Translations under genes and position numbers: made by a program
Shown: positions 20,948 through 31,828 of the stretch, piece by piece
How the letters are laid out: every line of letters starts with the position of its first letter
How positions within the stretch are numbered: the stretch's first letter is position 1
NCBI GenBank assembly: GCA_963752595.1
Contig: CAVVYZ010000023.1
Location: forward strand, 20,961 to 84,960
Direction of reading: 5' to 3'
DNA: 64,000 nucleotides
Origin: an uncultured delta proteobacterium
GTDB lineage: Bacteria; Desulfobacterota; Desulfomonilia; UBA1062
The notes under the pieces: generated by a model
What the model was told of the DNA's origin: nothing
The model's input: the letters and a program-made list of their open reading frames with translations, nothing else
The model's database searches: none

Positions 20948-21562
20948 TCAGCACCCCCGCACGTGGCAGGTATCGTTCAGACCGGCGAGCACCCCGTTGT
21001 TCCCGAACAGCCTGACGGTGGTGACGGAGGCGTTGTCGATCTCGAACAGGATATAATGCGCCGGTTCCAGGCCCAGGAAAAAACAGATAAGGGCCCGTAT
21101 CACCCCGCCGTGCGCGAACACGATCACGGTCTCGCTCTCATGGGAGGCTATCCGCTTTCCCACCCGCTCGATGCGTTGAAGAAAATCCGTGATCCCTTCA
21201 CCTCCGGGAAAAGTAAAGTGAGCGGTCAAGGCCTGCCCACCCGTGTATCTTGTCCGTATAGCGCGAATGGATTTCATCGAAGGTCAGTCCCTCGAATGTC
21301 CCGAAATCGATCTCCCGCAGATCAGGATCGACCTGTGATCTGCAAACTGAGGGGTCCGGCAGCGATCTTCACTGTTTCCGTGACCCGCAGCATGGGGCTT
21401 GCCATGCACACAGCCCCGTCCAGGTTCCGGAACACGGACGTCAACGCTGCAGCCTGGCGCAGGCCTTTTTCACCGAGGGGGATATCGGTGTGAGCCTATG
21501 AAACGGCCCCGGTAACCATCTCCGGTGCATGCATGCCGTATCAGCAACAGATTTCTCGCCAT
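20948..21562 (-). CDS. cobC: Histidine phosphatase, alpha-ribazole phosphatase (indels)
   Basis: LLLIRH, SPM.R, LREIDFG.FEG, FPGGE, AHGGVIR. Confidence 0.85.
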
Positions 21563-21575
21563 CGTCATTCCTCCA

Positions 21576-21613
21576 AATAAAAAATCCCCGGACATCAAGA
21601 TGTCCAGGGATTC
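21576..21613 (-). terminator. Riboswitch expression-platform terminator
   Basis: AATCCCTGGACATC-TT-GATGTCCGGGGATT followed by TTTTATTT. Confidence 0.8.
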
Positions 21614-21675
21614 CGTTTTTAATCCTCGGTTTTGACCTTTGACCCCATACCCACGAGGGCCCCAAGCACATGCAT

Positions 21676-21822
21676 CACGGGCAGGTCTTCTGGCTTCCGG
21701 ATCATCCTACTCGCCGCGCCTTCCCATCCTTGCAGGACAGTGGCTTACAGCGGCTTTCGTCCCCGGTTACAGCGGCGGGTCCGCGACGGATTCACACCGT
21801 CTTCCCTTTGCTATCCCGTAAA
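21676..21822 (-). ncRNA. Cobalamin riboswitch leading the cob/cbi operon
   Basis: AGGGAAGACGGTGTGAATCCG, CCCGCCGCTGTAA, GCCACTG..GGGAAGG, AGCCAGAAGACCTGCC. Confidence 0.95.
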
Positions 21823-21879
21823 TAATCCTTAAACAAATCGGCTTTCCAAAGTCAAGGAGATCATTCGAATATAGCTTTA

Positions 21880-21909
21880 TTGACAAATGCCATTATCATC
21901 CATGATAAT
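21880..21909 (+). promoter_or_regulatory. Putative sigma70 promoter for the aroC operon
   Basis: TTGACA-18 bp-GATAAT. Confidence 0.45.
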
Positions 21910-21941
21910 CATAAGCCATTGATATAGTTTTTGGAGGTTCC

Positions 21942-23076
21942 ATGCTCATTTTTTACACAGCAGGCGAGTCCCACGGCAGGGGTATCTTTGCATTCCTGGA
22001 CGGACTTCCCGCAGGTCTTGCCGTTGACAGGACCCTGATCGACCATGATCTTTCCCGCCGGCAGAAGGGATACGGCAGGGGAGGACGGATGGCCATCGAA
22101 AAAGACACGGTGGATATACTCTCCGGGGTCAGGGGAGGGATCACCCTGGGAAGTCCCGTGATCATGGCGGTGTGGAACAGGGACTTCGACAACTGGAAGG
22201 AGCAGATGGACCCCTGGAAGATCATTCCCGGCAGGGAGCTCTACACGCCCCGGCCCGGTCATGCCGACCTGGCAGGCGCCGCCCGGTTCAGACATCAGGA
22301 CCTGCGGAACGTCCTGGAACGATCGAGCGCGCGGGAAACTGCCGGAAGGGTGGCAGCGGGCGGGTTTCTCAGATCGCTGCTCAGTGCCCTGGGAATCGAG
22401 GTGCATTCATGGGTGACCGGTATAGGGCCCGTGGAGTACGCAGGGCCTTTTGATCGGAGATAGCGGGACCGGTCGAGCGTCTTCGTTCCGGACGATGACG
22501 CCACAAGAGAGATGGAGAAGGTCATTGATAACGCGGCACAGAACGGGGATACCATCGGCGGGGAGTTCACGATCCATCTCGAAGGACTGCCGGCAGGCAT
22601 CGGCTCCTATACCCAGTGGGACCAGCGTCTCGATGCTTTGTTCTCCTCGGCGCTCATGTCCATACCCGGTATCAAGGCCGTGCAGATAGGGATGGGGGTG
22701 GAATGTGCAAAGGTCCCCGGTTCGGCTATCCATGATCCCATCCTCCCCACCAGACCCAAGGAAAGGTCATCGAACAATGCCGGCGGGACTGGAAGGCGGG
22801 GTGTCCAACGGACAGTCCGTGGTGCTCAGGTGTACCATGAAACCTATTCCCACCCTGAAAAAGGGTCTGCCCACGATAGACCTGCGGGATAATTCTTCCG
22901 TGCAGGCCGATTACGAGCGCTCGGATGTCTGTGCAGTCCCTGCCGCCTCGGTGGTGGGTGAAGCCATGGCGGTCATAACGTTGTCCTCCGCCATATTGGG
23001 CAGCTTCGGGCAGCCGAATATCGGGTCCCTGGTAAAGGCCTTTGAAGAGCACAGGAGTTACTGGGAGGGATTATGA
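21942..23076 (+). CDS. aroC: Chorismate synthase (two indels)
   Basis: TAGESHG, RRQKGYGRG, PRPGHAD, RSSARET, MKPIPT, ERSDVC. Confidence 0.96.
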
Positions 23077-24614
23077 TCTACCTGACCGGATTCATGGGTT
23101 CCGGAAAGACCTCGGTGGGCGAGGCCCTGGCTTCGCTCATGAAAAGGCCTTTCATCGACCTGGACAGGTACATCTCGGCAAAGACCGGAAAATCCATTGC
23201 CGAGATATTTGCCTGTGCCGGAGAGCCTTCATTCAGGTCACTGGAAAATGAGTCGCTCCTGGAGATCTCCGAAGGGGCATGGGGAACCGTTATTTCCACC
23301 GGGGGAGGTCTTCCGGTCAACCGCAGGAACAGGGAGGTGATGAAAGCCAGCGGATATGTCGTGTATCTGAGGGCTTCCTTTGGCACCCTTATAACCCGGA
23401 TACCGGAAGATCCCGGAAGGCCCCTGTGGAACGAGCGGGCATCACAGCTCCTGGAGGAGAGAAAGCCTGCCTATGAAGAGGCGGATTTCATCATCGACAC
23501 CGAGGGCTTGTCCGTCCAGCAAGTGGCACGGAAGATCATCAGCCGGATGCAGAAGATGGTGAACCCCGTGCCGGTCCTTGTCCCTTCGCAGCCGTATCCG
23601 GTCTATATCGGGCAGGGTATTTTCAAGGACCTTATGAAATATCTCCGCAGGAATGCAGCACCCGAGGGCGCCTTTATCCTTGTCGACGAGAATGTGGAAA
23701 AGTACCATGGAAACATTGTGAAAAAGACATTCCGCGGAATTACGCATACTAGCATAGTTGTTCCATCCGGAGAGTCGTCCAAATCGTTCCCGTTCCTGCA
23801 GCAGGTTCTGGATGAGATGTTTGCCGCAAAGATGAACAGGCAATGGATCTGTGTGGCCATGGGCGGCGGGGTCACCGGAGATCTGGCAGCCTTTGCTTCC
23901 AGTATTTTCATGCGGGGCATTCCCGTGGTGCAGGTTCCCACCACCCTGCTGTCCCAGGTCGATTCCAGCATCGGCGGAAAGACCGGGATCAACGTCGGTC
24001 ATGGGAAAAACCTGGTGGGCACCTTTCATCAGCCCCTGTTCGTCCTGAGCGACGTCGAATTCCTCGGAACCCTCGACCGGGGACAGCTGGAAAGCGCCTT
24101 TGCCGAGGTCATCAAGTACGGCATCATCATGGACAGGGAGCTTTTCGAATACCTGGAAAAGACGAAAACCCCGGATCTCGTGCAGATCGTTTCCAAATGT
24201 TCTGCGGACAAGGCCTCGATCGTTGCCGGTGATGAGCGGGAAAAAGGTTTGAGAAGGATATTGAATTTCGGCCATACCCTGGGCCATGCACTGGAGCGGG
24301 CTAGTGATTATACCATGAGTCACGGCCGGGCGGTGGGGGCAGGGATGATTTTTGCCGCATGGCTTTCCATGGATGAGGGCCTTCTGCCGGCAAAAGACAT
24401 GAAGAGGATACAGACTCTTGTGAACCGGTATGTTTTTAAACGGAGCAAGCCGGTTTTTCCCAAGCCCGGGAAGATCAAGGGTGGCATCGAGATGGACAAG
24501 AAGGGCACGGGTGAAGGCATCCACTTTGTGTTGACACCGGGTATCGGTGATGCTACCGTTAAAAAACTATCTAGTTCTCAAATATTAGAAGCCTATGAAC
24601 GATTCATCAGCTAA
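23073..24614 (+). CDS. aroKB: Shikimate kinase / 3-dehydroquinate synthase fusion (AroK-AroB)
   Basis: GFMGSGKT, GGG, RPL; then GGGVTGD, PTTLL.QVDSSIGGKTG, LNFGHTLGH in one uninterrupted ORF. Confidence 0.93.
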   Translation: MIYLTGFMGSGKTSVGEALASLMKRPFIDLDRYISAKTGKSIAEIFACAGEPSFRSLENESLLEISEGAWGTVISTGGGLPVNRRNREVMKASGYVVYLRASFGTLITRIPEDPGRPLWNERASQLLEERKPAYEEADFIIDTEGLSVQQVARKIISRMQKMVNPVPVLVPSQPYPVYIGQGIFKDLMKYLRRNAAPEGAFILVDENVEKYHGNIVKKTFRGITHTSIVVPSGESSKSFPFLQQVLDEMFAAKMNRQWICVAMGGGVTGDLAAFASSIFMRGIPVVQVPTTLLSQVDSSIGGKTGINVGHGKNLVGTFHQPLFVLSDVEFLGTLDRGQLESAFAEVIKYGIIMDRELFEYLEKTKTPDLVQIVSKCSADKASIVAGDEREKGLRRILNFGHTLGHALERASDYTMSHGRAVGAGMIFAAWLSMDEGLLPAKDMKRIQTLVNRYVFKRSKPVFPKPGKIKGGIEMDKKGTGEGIHFVLTPGIGDATVKKLSSSQILEAYERFIS

Positions 24615-25131
24615 GATAAGAAAAGCCTTTGATGAAGGCAGATTCCTCGACGTCGTGCAGGGAAGGAATCTGTGCAAATCCCATGAACAGAAACTCATGC
24701 TCGGTATTTCCCTGTTCAAGCTCGGCCGCACCCAGGAATCGTTCACTATTCTGGAGCGAGTGGCAGAGAAGACGGAACAGCTGACAAAGGTCTTCTATTA
24801 TCTCGCGCTTATCCATAAAAGCAAAGGACTTGAGGAAACGGCACGGGATTGTCTTCAGAAATATCTGGCATTCAATCAGGATGACGATGATGCCCTCGAT
24901 CTGATGGAACCCCGGGAGGACCAATCCGAAGCGCTGCTGAAAGAGCCTTCCGTGCAGCTTGCCAAGGTATATGCCCAGCAGGGACATTATGAGCAGGCCC
25001 TGGATATCTACGCTCAGGTGGATAAAATGACGGGCCTTGACCCTGACGCGCTCAAGGAAGCGCATCAGGTGGAAAATCTCTATATCATGAAGACCCTTCA
25101 GGGGTGGCTGGAAAAGGTGGCGAAGAGATGA
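24595..25131 (+). CDS. TPR-repeat protein
   Basis: Helical repeats (FYYLALIH.., LAKVYAQQGHYEQALDIY). Confidence 0.75.
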   Translation: MNDSSAKIRKAFDEGRFLDVVQGRNLCKSHEQKLMLGISLFKLGRTQESFTILERVAEKTEQLTKVFYYLALIHKSKGLEETARDCLQKYLAFNQDDDDALDLMEPREDQSEALLKEPSVQLAKVYAQQGHYEQALDIYAQVDKMTGLDPDALKEAHQVENLYIMKTLQGWLEKVAKR

Positions 25132-25574
25132 AGATCATGGTTTTGAGCGGACCTAATCTGAATATGCTGGGGCAGAGGGAAAAATCCATTTACGGGACAG
25201 TGACCCTGGAACGGATCCAGGAACTCGTTAAGGAAAGGGCGGCACAGCTCGGGATGGACGCGGCTTTTTTCCAGTCAAACCATGAAGGTGCATTGATAGA
25301 TGCCGTCCATGCCGCACCGGGAAGCGGCGTTTCCGCATTCATCATCAATCCGGGCGGGTTGACCCATACCTCGGTTTCTCTCCGGGATGCGCTCCTCAGT
25401 GTTGCGCTGCCCTTCATCGAAGTGCACCTGAGCAATGTCGCTTCACGGGAAGACTTCCGGCAGATTAATTATTTCTCGGACATCGCGTCAGGGACCATTT
25501 CCGGCCTCGGTTCATTCGGATACCTGCTTGCCCTTGAGGCATTGAAGGAAATGTATGGAAAAAAGGCTCAATAG
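25128..25574 (+). CDS. aroQ: Type II 3-dehydroquinate dehydratase
   Basis: GPNLNMLG.RE..YG, QSNHEG, INPGGLTHTS, EVHLSN. Confidence 0.96.
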   Translation: MKIMVLSGPNLNMLGQREKSIYGTVTLERIQELVKERAAQLGMDAAFFQSNHEGALIDAVHAAPGSGVSAFIINPGGLTHTSVSLRDALLSVALPFIEVHLSNVASREDFRQINYFSDIASGTISGLGSFGYLLALEALKEMYGKKAQ

Positions 25575-26622
25575 GGCCCGGCAATATCTCAAAGGGCTGG
25601 AGGCGATCATCATCACTTCACGTCCCAGCGTGACGTATCTGAGCGGCTATACCGGGTCTGATGCCGTTTTCCTGTACACGGAAAGCAAATCGTTCCTTTT
25701 TGTCGATTCCCGCAACACCCTCCAGGCCCAACAGGAATCCGGCGCTGAGGTGCGCGAGATCGTAAAGAGATGGGAGGGGATATATCCCGTCCTTCAGGAA
25801 GAGGGCGTCAAGCTTCTGGGGATTGAGTCGAACGTCATCGATTTCGACAGCTTCATGCAGATGCGGGACACCTTCAAAGGCGTCGAAATAACGCCGATAG
25901 GCAAGCAGCTCAGATATCTGAGGATGATCAAAGATGAATCCGAGGTGAACCTCCTGAGCCGGGCGGCAAGGATCTCCGAGCAGGCCCTGGAAACGGTCCT
26001 GCAGAAAGGCCTCATCGGACGCACGGAAAGAGAAGTGGCCCTGGACCTCGAATGGGAAATGAGGATCAGGGGGGCGAGCGCCTCTTCTTTCGAACTTATC
26101 GTTGCTGCCGGCCCAAGGTCTGCCATGCCGCACGGAACTGCTTCGGATCGGGTGATAGCGCCCCGGGAGGCGGTGGTCATCGATTTTGGCTGTATGTATA
26201 ATGGGTATTGTTCGGACCAGACAATAACCGTTATCACCGGCACGATGGAGCCCGCATTCCAGGAGGCCTACAGCCATGTCCTGGAAGCGCAGCAAAAAGC
26301 CATCAAGGCGCTCAGTCCCGGGATAAATACATCTGCTATAGACCAGATCGCCCGTGACCATCTGAAGGCCGCCGGCCTGGGTCCGTATTTCGGACACGGG
26401 CTTGGGCATGGCGTGGGCATGGAGGTGCATGAAGCGCCGACGGTATCGTATCTTTCGGACGATGTCCTCGAAGAGGGGATGGTCATAACCATCGAGCCCG
26501 GGGTGTATATTCCGGGTAAATTCGGCATCAGGCTTGAGGATATGCTCCTTATTACAGATAATTCTTGCAAGCATCTTACAAATCTTGATAAGGGAATCAT
26601 CAGATTAATCAGCCAGAAGTGA
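25555..26622 (+). CDS. Xaa-Pro aminopeptidase (M24B)
   Basis: MPHG, IDFG..Y..YCSD.T, HGLGHGVG.EVHE, TIEPGVY, RLED. Confidence 0.92.
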   Translation: MEKRLNRARQYLKGLEAIIITSRPSVTYLSGYTGSDAVFLYTESKSFLFVDSRNTLQAQQESGAEVREIVKRWEGIYPVLQEEGVKLLGIESNVIDFDSFMQMRDTFKGVEITPIGKQLRYLRMIKDESEVNLLSRAARISEQALETVLQKGLIGRTEREVALDLEWEMRIRGASASSFELIVAAGPRSAMPHGTASDRVIAPREAVVIDFGCMYNGYCSDQTITVITGTMEPAFQEAYSHVLEAQQKAIKALSPGINTSAIDQIARDHLKAAGLGPYFGHGLGHGVGMEVHEAPTVSYLSDDVLEEGMVITIEPGVYIPGKFGIRLEDMLLITDNSCKHLTNLDKGIIRLISQK

Positions 26623-26628
26623 GGGTTT

Positions 26629-27189
26629 ATGCAATATTCCACAGCACAGTTTCGGAAGGGTTTAAAGATCGAGATAGACGGCGAGCCTTTTGTCATCACC
26701 GAGTTCCAGCATGTAAAACCGGGCAAAGGCGGGGCGTTCGTCCGGACCAAGTTCAAGAGCCTGATAACCGGCAACGTTCTGGACAAGACATTCCGGTCCG
26801 GAGAAAAGGTCGATGTTCCCGACCTCGAGGAAAGGAAGATGTCCTTTCTTTATAAGGATGATAACGGCTACTGCTTTATGGATACGGAAACATACGATCA
26901 GATGACGCTCAATGAAGATCATATAGGGGATGCCCTCGGTTACCTGAAAGAAAATGTCGAAACCAAGGTTCTGCTCCATAACGGGAAACCCATCGGTGTG
27001 GAAGTTCCCATGTTCATGGAGCTGGAAATCATAGAGACAGACCCGGGCGTTAAGGGAAATACCGTTTCAGGCGGATCAAAACCTGCCAAGCTCGAGACAG
27101 GGGTCGTCATTCAGGTCCCGCTCTTTGTGAATACAGGCGAAATCGTGAAGGTCGATACCAGAACTGGTGAATATATCGAGAGAGTGTAA
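26629..27189 (+). CDS. efp: Elongation factor P
   Basis: HVKPGKGGAF, KPAKLETG, VPLF, KVDTRTGEY. Confidence 0.98.
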   Translation: MQYSTAQFRKGLKIEIDGEPFVITEFQHVKPGKGGAFVRTKFKSLITGNVLDKTFRSGEKVDVPDLEERKMSFLYKDDNGYCFMDTETYDQMTLNEDHIGDALGYLKENVETKVLLHNGKPIGVEVPMFMELEIIETDPGVKGNTVSGGSKPAKLETGVVIQVPLFVNTGEIVKVDTRTGEYIERV

Positions 27190-27195
27190 GCACGA

Positions 27196-27609
27196 ATGAA
27201 TATAAAGATCGTGAAAGACCTTATCGAGCTGATCAAGGGCACGGATGTCATCGAGCTGGAATGGACCCCTGAACGCATTCATATCATCCGAAGAAGCCAG
27301 CCGGCGGATACAGTTGCTTCACGAACCTATGATAACGACAGATCCAAGGTGGCGGTAAAGGATAAGCATACCGTCACCGTCACCTCTCCTCTGGTGGGTA
27401 CCTTCTACCGGTCTCCTTCTCCGGAGACGCCGCCCTATATCCACGTGGGAGACAGGGTGAATAAAAACCAGGTCCTGTGCGTGATAGAAGCCATGAAGCT
27501 CATGAATGAGATCGAATCACATGTGGACGGCATCGTAACGGCCATACTGAAACAGGATGGGGACAGAGTAGGATATGGAGACCAGCTCTTTATCATAGAA
27601 GAGCTATGA
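27196..27609 (+). CDS. accB: Biotin carboxyl carrier protein
   Basis: SPLVGTFY, IEAMKLMNEI. Confidence 0.9.
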   Translation: MNIKIVKDLIELIKGTDVIELEWTPERIHIIRRSQPADTVASRTYDNDRSKVAVKDKHTVTVTSPLVGTFYRSPSPETPPYIHVGDRVNKNQVLCVIEAMKLMNEIESHVDGIVTAILKQDGDRVGYGDQLFIIEEL

Positions 27610-28331
27610 TCTCATGGAAGTTTCAGCAGGATGGAAGGTGTCGGCCACAGGACACCATGGCAAAGGATCTCGATCTCTTTGAATCAGTAAGGACAGGATC
27701 TGCTGCAGGTGTTTTCCGGGTGTATGATTGGGCCGAGCCTGCCGTCACCATCGGATTTCATCAGAAGACATTCTCTTTTCATGATCCATCACTTTCACTC
27801 CCCCTGTTGAAACGTCCCACCGGCGGTGGTGCAGTTCTGCATAACCATGACATCACCTTCAGCATGAGCCTGGGATCCGACGGTGTGCTTCCTTCCCCGA
27901 TACCTGAATGTTCGCAGCGCATTTCCGGCGTCTTTGCGAAGGCGTTTCAAGACTGCGGGCTGAATGTGCGGCTGCAGGGGGGCAGGCATGAGTTCGCCGA
28001 GGTATGCTTTGCCAGACCGTCACCGGTTGAGCTCATGCTGTCGGGATCGAAAATCCTGGGACTGGCCCTGCTGCGGAAAGGGAAATACCTTCTTGCTCAG
28101 GGCGTTATCCCGCTGCATGTCGATGAGGATCTCTCGATGAGGGTGTTCGGTGATCGGCTGAAGGAAAATCCCAAGGGTATTCTTGACCTTGCTCCCGGTT
28201 TTTCAGTTGAAGCATTTACAGAAATCCTGCGCAGCTGCTTTTTTTCTGAGCTGGGCGTTTTTCTTTCTGACGGCGACGAAGATTATCATCAGTGCCATGA
28301 CGCTGATGACGGCAAAGTAAAAACGCGGTGA
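27606..28331 (+). CDS. Lipoate-protein ligase A / LipM-family protein
   Basis: M..D, RVY.W...TIG, RPTGGGAVLH, CF, KI.G. Confidence 0.8.
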   Translation: MISWKFQQDGRCRPQDTMAKDLDLFESVRTGSAAGVFRVYDWAEPAVTIGFHQKTFSFHDPSLSLPLLKRPTGGGAVLHNHDITFSMSLGSDGVLPSPIPECSQRISGVFAKAFQDCGLNVRLQGGRHEFAEVCFARPSPVELMLSGSKILGLALLRKGKYLLAQGVIPLHVDEDLSMRVFGDRLKENPKGILDLAPGFSVEAFTEILRSCFFSELGVFLSDGDEDYHQCHDADDGKVKTR

Positions 28332-28925
28332 CATAAACTTTGTCATGAACATATGCCCGATCATGGAAAACAAGGCAATGCCCGGAACGATCCCCAATAC
28401 CGTCGCCTTCATGAAATCTCTCCAGCAGACACCCGAAGCTGCAGCTGCCGTATTGATGGCGGTAAACGGGATGAAGGTCAGAAACTGAAGGGCCAGAACA
28501 ATGGGGTAGCCGTTCTTCTGAATCGCGGTCTTCACTTTATGCGATTTCTTGCTTTGCCCCCAGGTTTCATCGATGCCCAGAGATTTTACCAGAAAATACG
28601 CTATGTTTGCATTCAGAAGACAACCGATATAGGACAAGGCCATACCGAGCGGTGCGCCGTAGGCTGAAGAACCTGCCATGACAATCAGGCTGAGCGGTGC
28701 GGCAAGAGGCATGGTGGCGACCATCATGATAAAGAGGATCGCGCCGGATATCCCGATTTTCTGAAGGGTCAGGCGGAAGTAGAGCCAGTCATTCAGGGGA
28801 TAGATATCGATGACACTGAAGAAGCCCAGGAGGGAAAAAAATCCGATGACCAGGAAAATTGAAAGACTTGCACATTTTCCTGCCTGGGCTGGTGTATCAT
28901 CAACGATTTCTTCAACATAATCCAT
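28203..28925 (-). CDS. TVP38/TMEM64 (VTT/DedA) membrane protein
   Basis: Multiple TM helices, FIPF..IN.AA, F..AT.LG..PG. Confidence 0.8.
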   Translation of the reverse strand: MDYVEEIVDDTPAQAGKCASLSIFLVIGFFSLLGFFSVIDIYPLNDWLYFRLTLQKIGISGAILFIMMVATMPLAAPLSLIVMAGSSAYGAPLGMALSYIGCLLNANIAYFLVKSLGIDETWGQSKKSHKVKTAIQKNGYPIVLALQFLTFIPFTAINTAAAASGVCWRDFMKATVLGIVPGIALFSMIGHMFMTKFMSPRFYFAVISVMALMIIFVAVRKKNAQLRKKAAAQDFCKCFN

Positions 28926-29123
28926 CTGTCTTCCCCCGGGTACAGTCTGGTAACATTAAAATCATCGGCAGGATAAAGGGTTACATAAGGAGATCACAAT
29001 ATCGTATCCTGGTTGAATATCATTACACGCAAAGCAAAGGTTAGCTGGATTTATTTTGGAAATTTATGCTATTATAAAGTGATTACTATTATTTATTCGT
29101 TTTCTTGTGAAGATGGAGGAACT

Positions 29124-31253
29124 ATGGGAGAAAACCCTGTCAGCGCCCTGATGAACCCGTCAACCATCGCTGTTGTGGGCGCAAGCAACAATCTGACCAC
29201 CATGGGCACCATTCAATGCATGAATCTCCTTACCAGCGGTTTTCCGGGAGAGGTCCTGCCCGTTCATCCAAAGGATACAACCGTCCTGGGCAGAAAGGCA
29301 TATCCTTCCATAACCGATCTGCCGTATGCGCCGGACCTGGCGGTACTTGTCGTACCCACCAGGCTTGTTCCCGGCATGCTTGAAGAGCTCGGTAAACTCG
29401 GAACTCGTTCCGTTATCATCGTATCTGCAGGTTTCCGGGAAACCGGCGAGGAAGGCAAAGCGCTGGAAGCAACCATTCTGGAGACCGCTGAAAGGTACGG
29501 AATGCGTTTTCTTGGACCGAACTGTCTCGGGATTATCAATACCCATCTTCCGCTGAATCTCACCGTGGGGCCGATACTCGATTATAACGGTAAGCTTGGC
29601 CTTGCTTCCCAGAGCGGAACCTACATTGCACAGGTGGTCTCCTATCTCCACAGGAACGGCATTGCCATAAGCAAGGCCATCAGCGTCGGCAATGAGGTGA
29701 ACATAGACTTGACGGACTGTCTTGAATATCTCGGCGGAGATGAAGCCACCAGGGCCATCGGGCTCTATATCGAGGGGATAAGGGATGTCGGGCGGTTTCT
29801 GGAAGTGGCCGGCAGGGTAAGCAGGATCAAGCCTATTGTTGCGCAATATGTCGGAGGGTCCAAGGCCGGGGCGAAATCCAGCGCCAGTCATACCGGAGCC
29901 ATGGCAGGTCCGCTGCATCTGTACGAAGCGCTGTTCGATCAGGCCGGCATAATCGGTGTGGATTCCATAGAAGATGTCTATAAAATCGGCTGGTCTTTTG
30001 CGACCCAACCGCGATTAAAGGGAAAAAGGATAGCGGTTCTGACAAACTCCGGCGGTCCGGGGACCGGCATGGCAAACACCCTTGACAGGTGCGGGCTGGA
30101 CATCCCTGAGTTTTCTCCGGACCTGCAGAAAAAGATCTGTGCACACCTTCCTCCCCATGCCAGCGGTCGAAATCCCGTCGATCTCACCTTCCATGTGGAT
30201 ATGAAAGGGCTTACAGAAGAGATCCCCAGGCTGCTTTTCGCATCTGATGAAGTCGATGGGATCATCATCCATGGGATCATGGACACAGGATTCATGGAGC
30301 TTTTATACCCTGCGGTGAGCACGTTTATGGATATCACGAAAGAGCAGCTGGTTTCTTTTGCAAAGACCAGTATTGATCCCCTGGCTGAAATGCCCTGCAC
30401 ATACGGGAAACCGTTGCTGATTTCATCTTTTTTCGATAGTAAGCTCGATAACTGCGTCCGGTCATTTCACCGGAAGCAGGTTCCTGTTTTCGATTCACCG
30501 GAAAAGGCAGCCAGGGCAATGGCGTCTTTGCATGCGTATGAAACATTCATTAACAGAAACGGAGGTGTCCGGAAATTGAATCCGGAAAAACTCCCGAAGC
30601 TGCAGTTCATTTTTAATTCCTTTGCACAGCAAAATCGATGAGTTTCAGGCAAGAAATTTCTCCAGGCATACGGTATCCCGATCACCCAGGAGATGACGGC
30701 ATTCAGCATTGATGACGCAAAAGAAAAGGCGGATATTATCGGTTATCCGGTGGTGCTCAAGGGATGCTCTGCAGAGATAAGCCACAAAACCGAACACGGT
30801 CTGGTTTATCTGAACCTTGCAAATGAACAAGAACTCGCGATAGCATATCAGGCGTGAAGAGAAAGGGATGATACTTCGCCTGTTCTTATTGCGGAAATGG
30901 TCAAGGCTGACAGGGAATTTATCATCGGCATGAGCCGCTTACCCCGGCTTTCCTCCAAGTATCATATTTGGAATGGGAGGTGTCTTTGCAGAAGCCATAA
31001 ATGATTTTTCCGTGCGTTTTGCACCACTTTCCCGGTCAGATGCCTATGAAATGATGGAACAGTCTCAGATCAAAGGCACTGTTGAAGGACTACCGGGGCA
31101 TGATCCCTGTCAGGAGAGAGGAAATTGCGGATATTCTTGATGGCGATCAGTGATATTTCCCTGCATTTTCCCATGATTCGGGAAATCGATCTCAATCCTG
31201 TCATGGTGATGAATGGCAAGCCGAAAGTTGCTGATGCACTGATGGTGCTTTAA
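29124..31253 (+). CDS. ADP-forming acyl-CoA synthetase (fused alpha/beta; indels in 3' part)
   Basis: AVVGAS, SAGFRE, LGPNCLG, SQSG, SHTGAMAG, NPVDLT; downstream GYPVVLKG..SHKTE, EIDLNP. Confidence 0.9.
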
Positions 31254-31273
31254 ATAAGAATAAGGAGAAAAAA

Positions 31274-31669
31274 ATGCAGCAGAAGATTAGAGAGATGATG
31301 GCGATTTATGATGAAAAGAACAGGATGCCCTGTGCAGTTGCTCATTATATTGCGGATGTTCTCAAGATCGACCCACTCCTGGTGGGAAAGGAAGCAACAG
31401 CAGCAGGGGTGCGGTCTGATCGGATGTCAGCTGGGTTTATTCGGATATGGAAGGAAAGGAAAATCAGAGTATAAAATAACAGGAAGGAAGATCGAGAATC
31501 TAGATGAAATAATTGATGCCATCAAAAACCAGGCAGTGGATGGAAAGATTGCCTGCGCCCTTTTATGGAAGATTGCAGACGATGCAGACATAATCCGGTG
31601 CGAGGCCGGTAACGCAGCTGACGCTCTCGGGTATGAAAATATCCCCCTGCCAGCTGGGAGCATTTCTAA
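31274..31669 (+). CDS. Hypothetical protein with duplicated C..A..IA..G....CQLGxF domain (indels)
   Basis: Two ~55-aa repeats ending CQLGLF and CQLGAF, read across frames. Confidence 0.65.
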
Positions 31670-31828
31670 CAACCGGGATATTTTGAACGAATTCCTGCAA
31701 GTCCATAAACTGAAAAGTAATTTGTTATTTTTCGGAAATTGTGATTGAAAGGGAAGAATGGCTCCTGTATTATTATAAAACTGAGCTGAAATAGATTTTA
31801 TGTACACCCCTTTCATTCGGGAGGAAAT

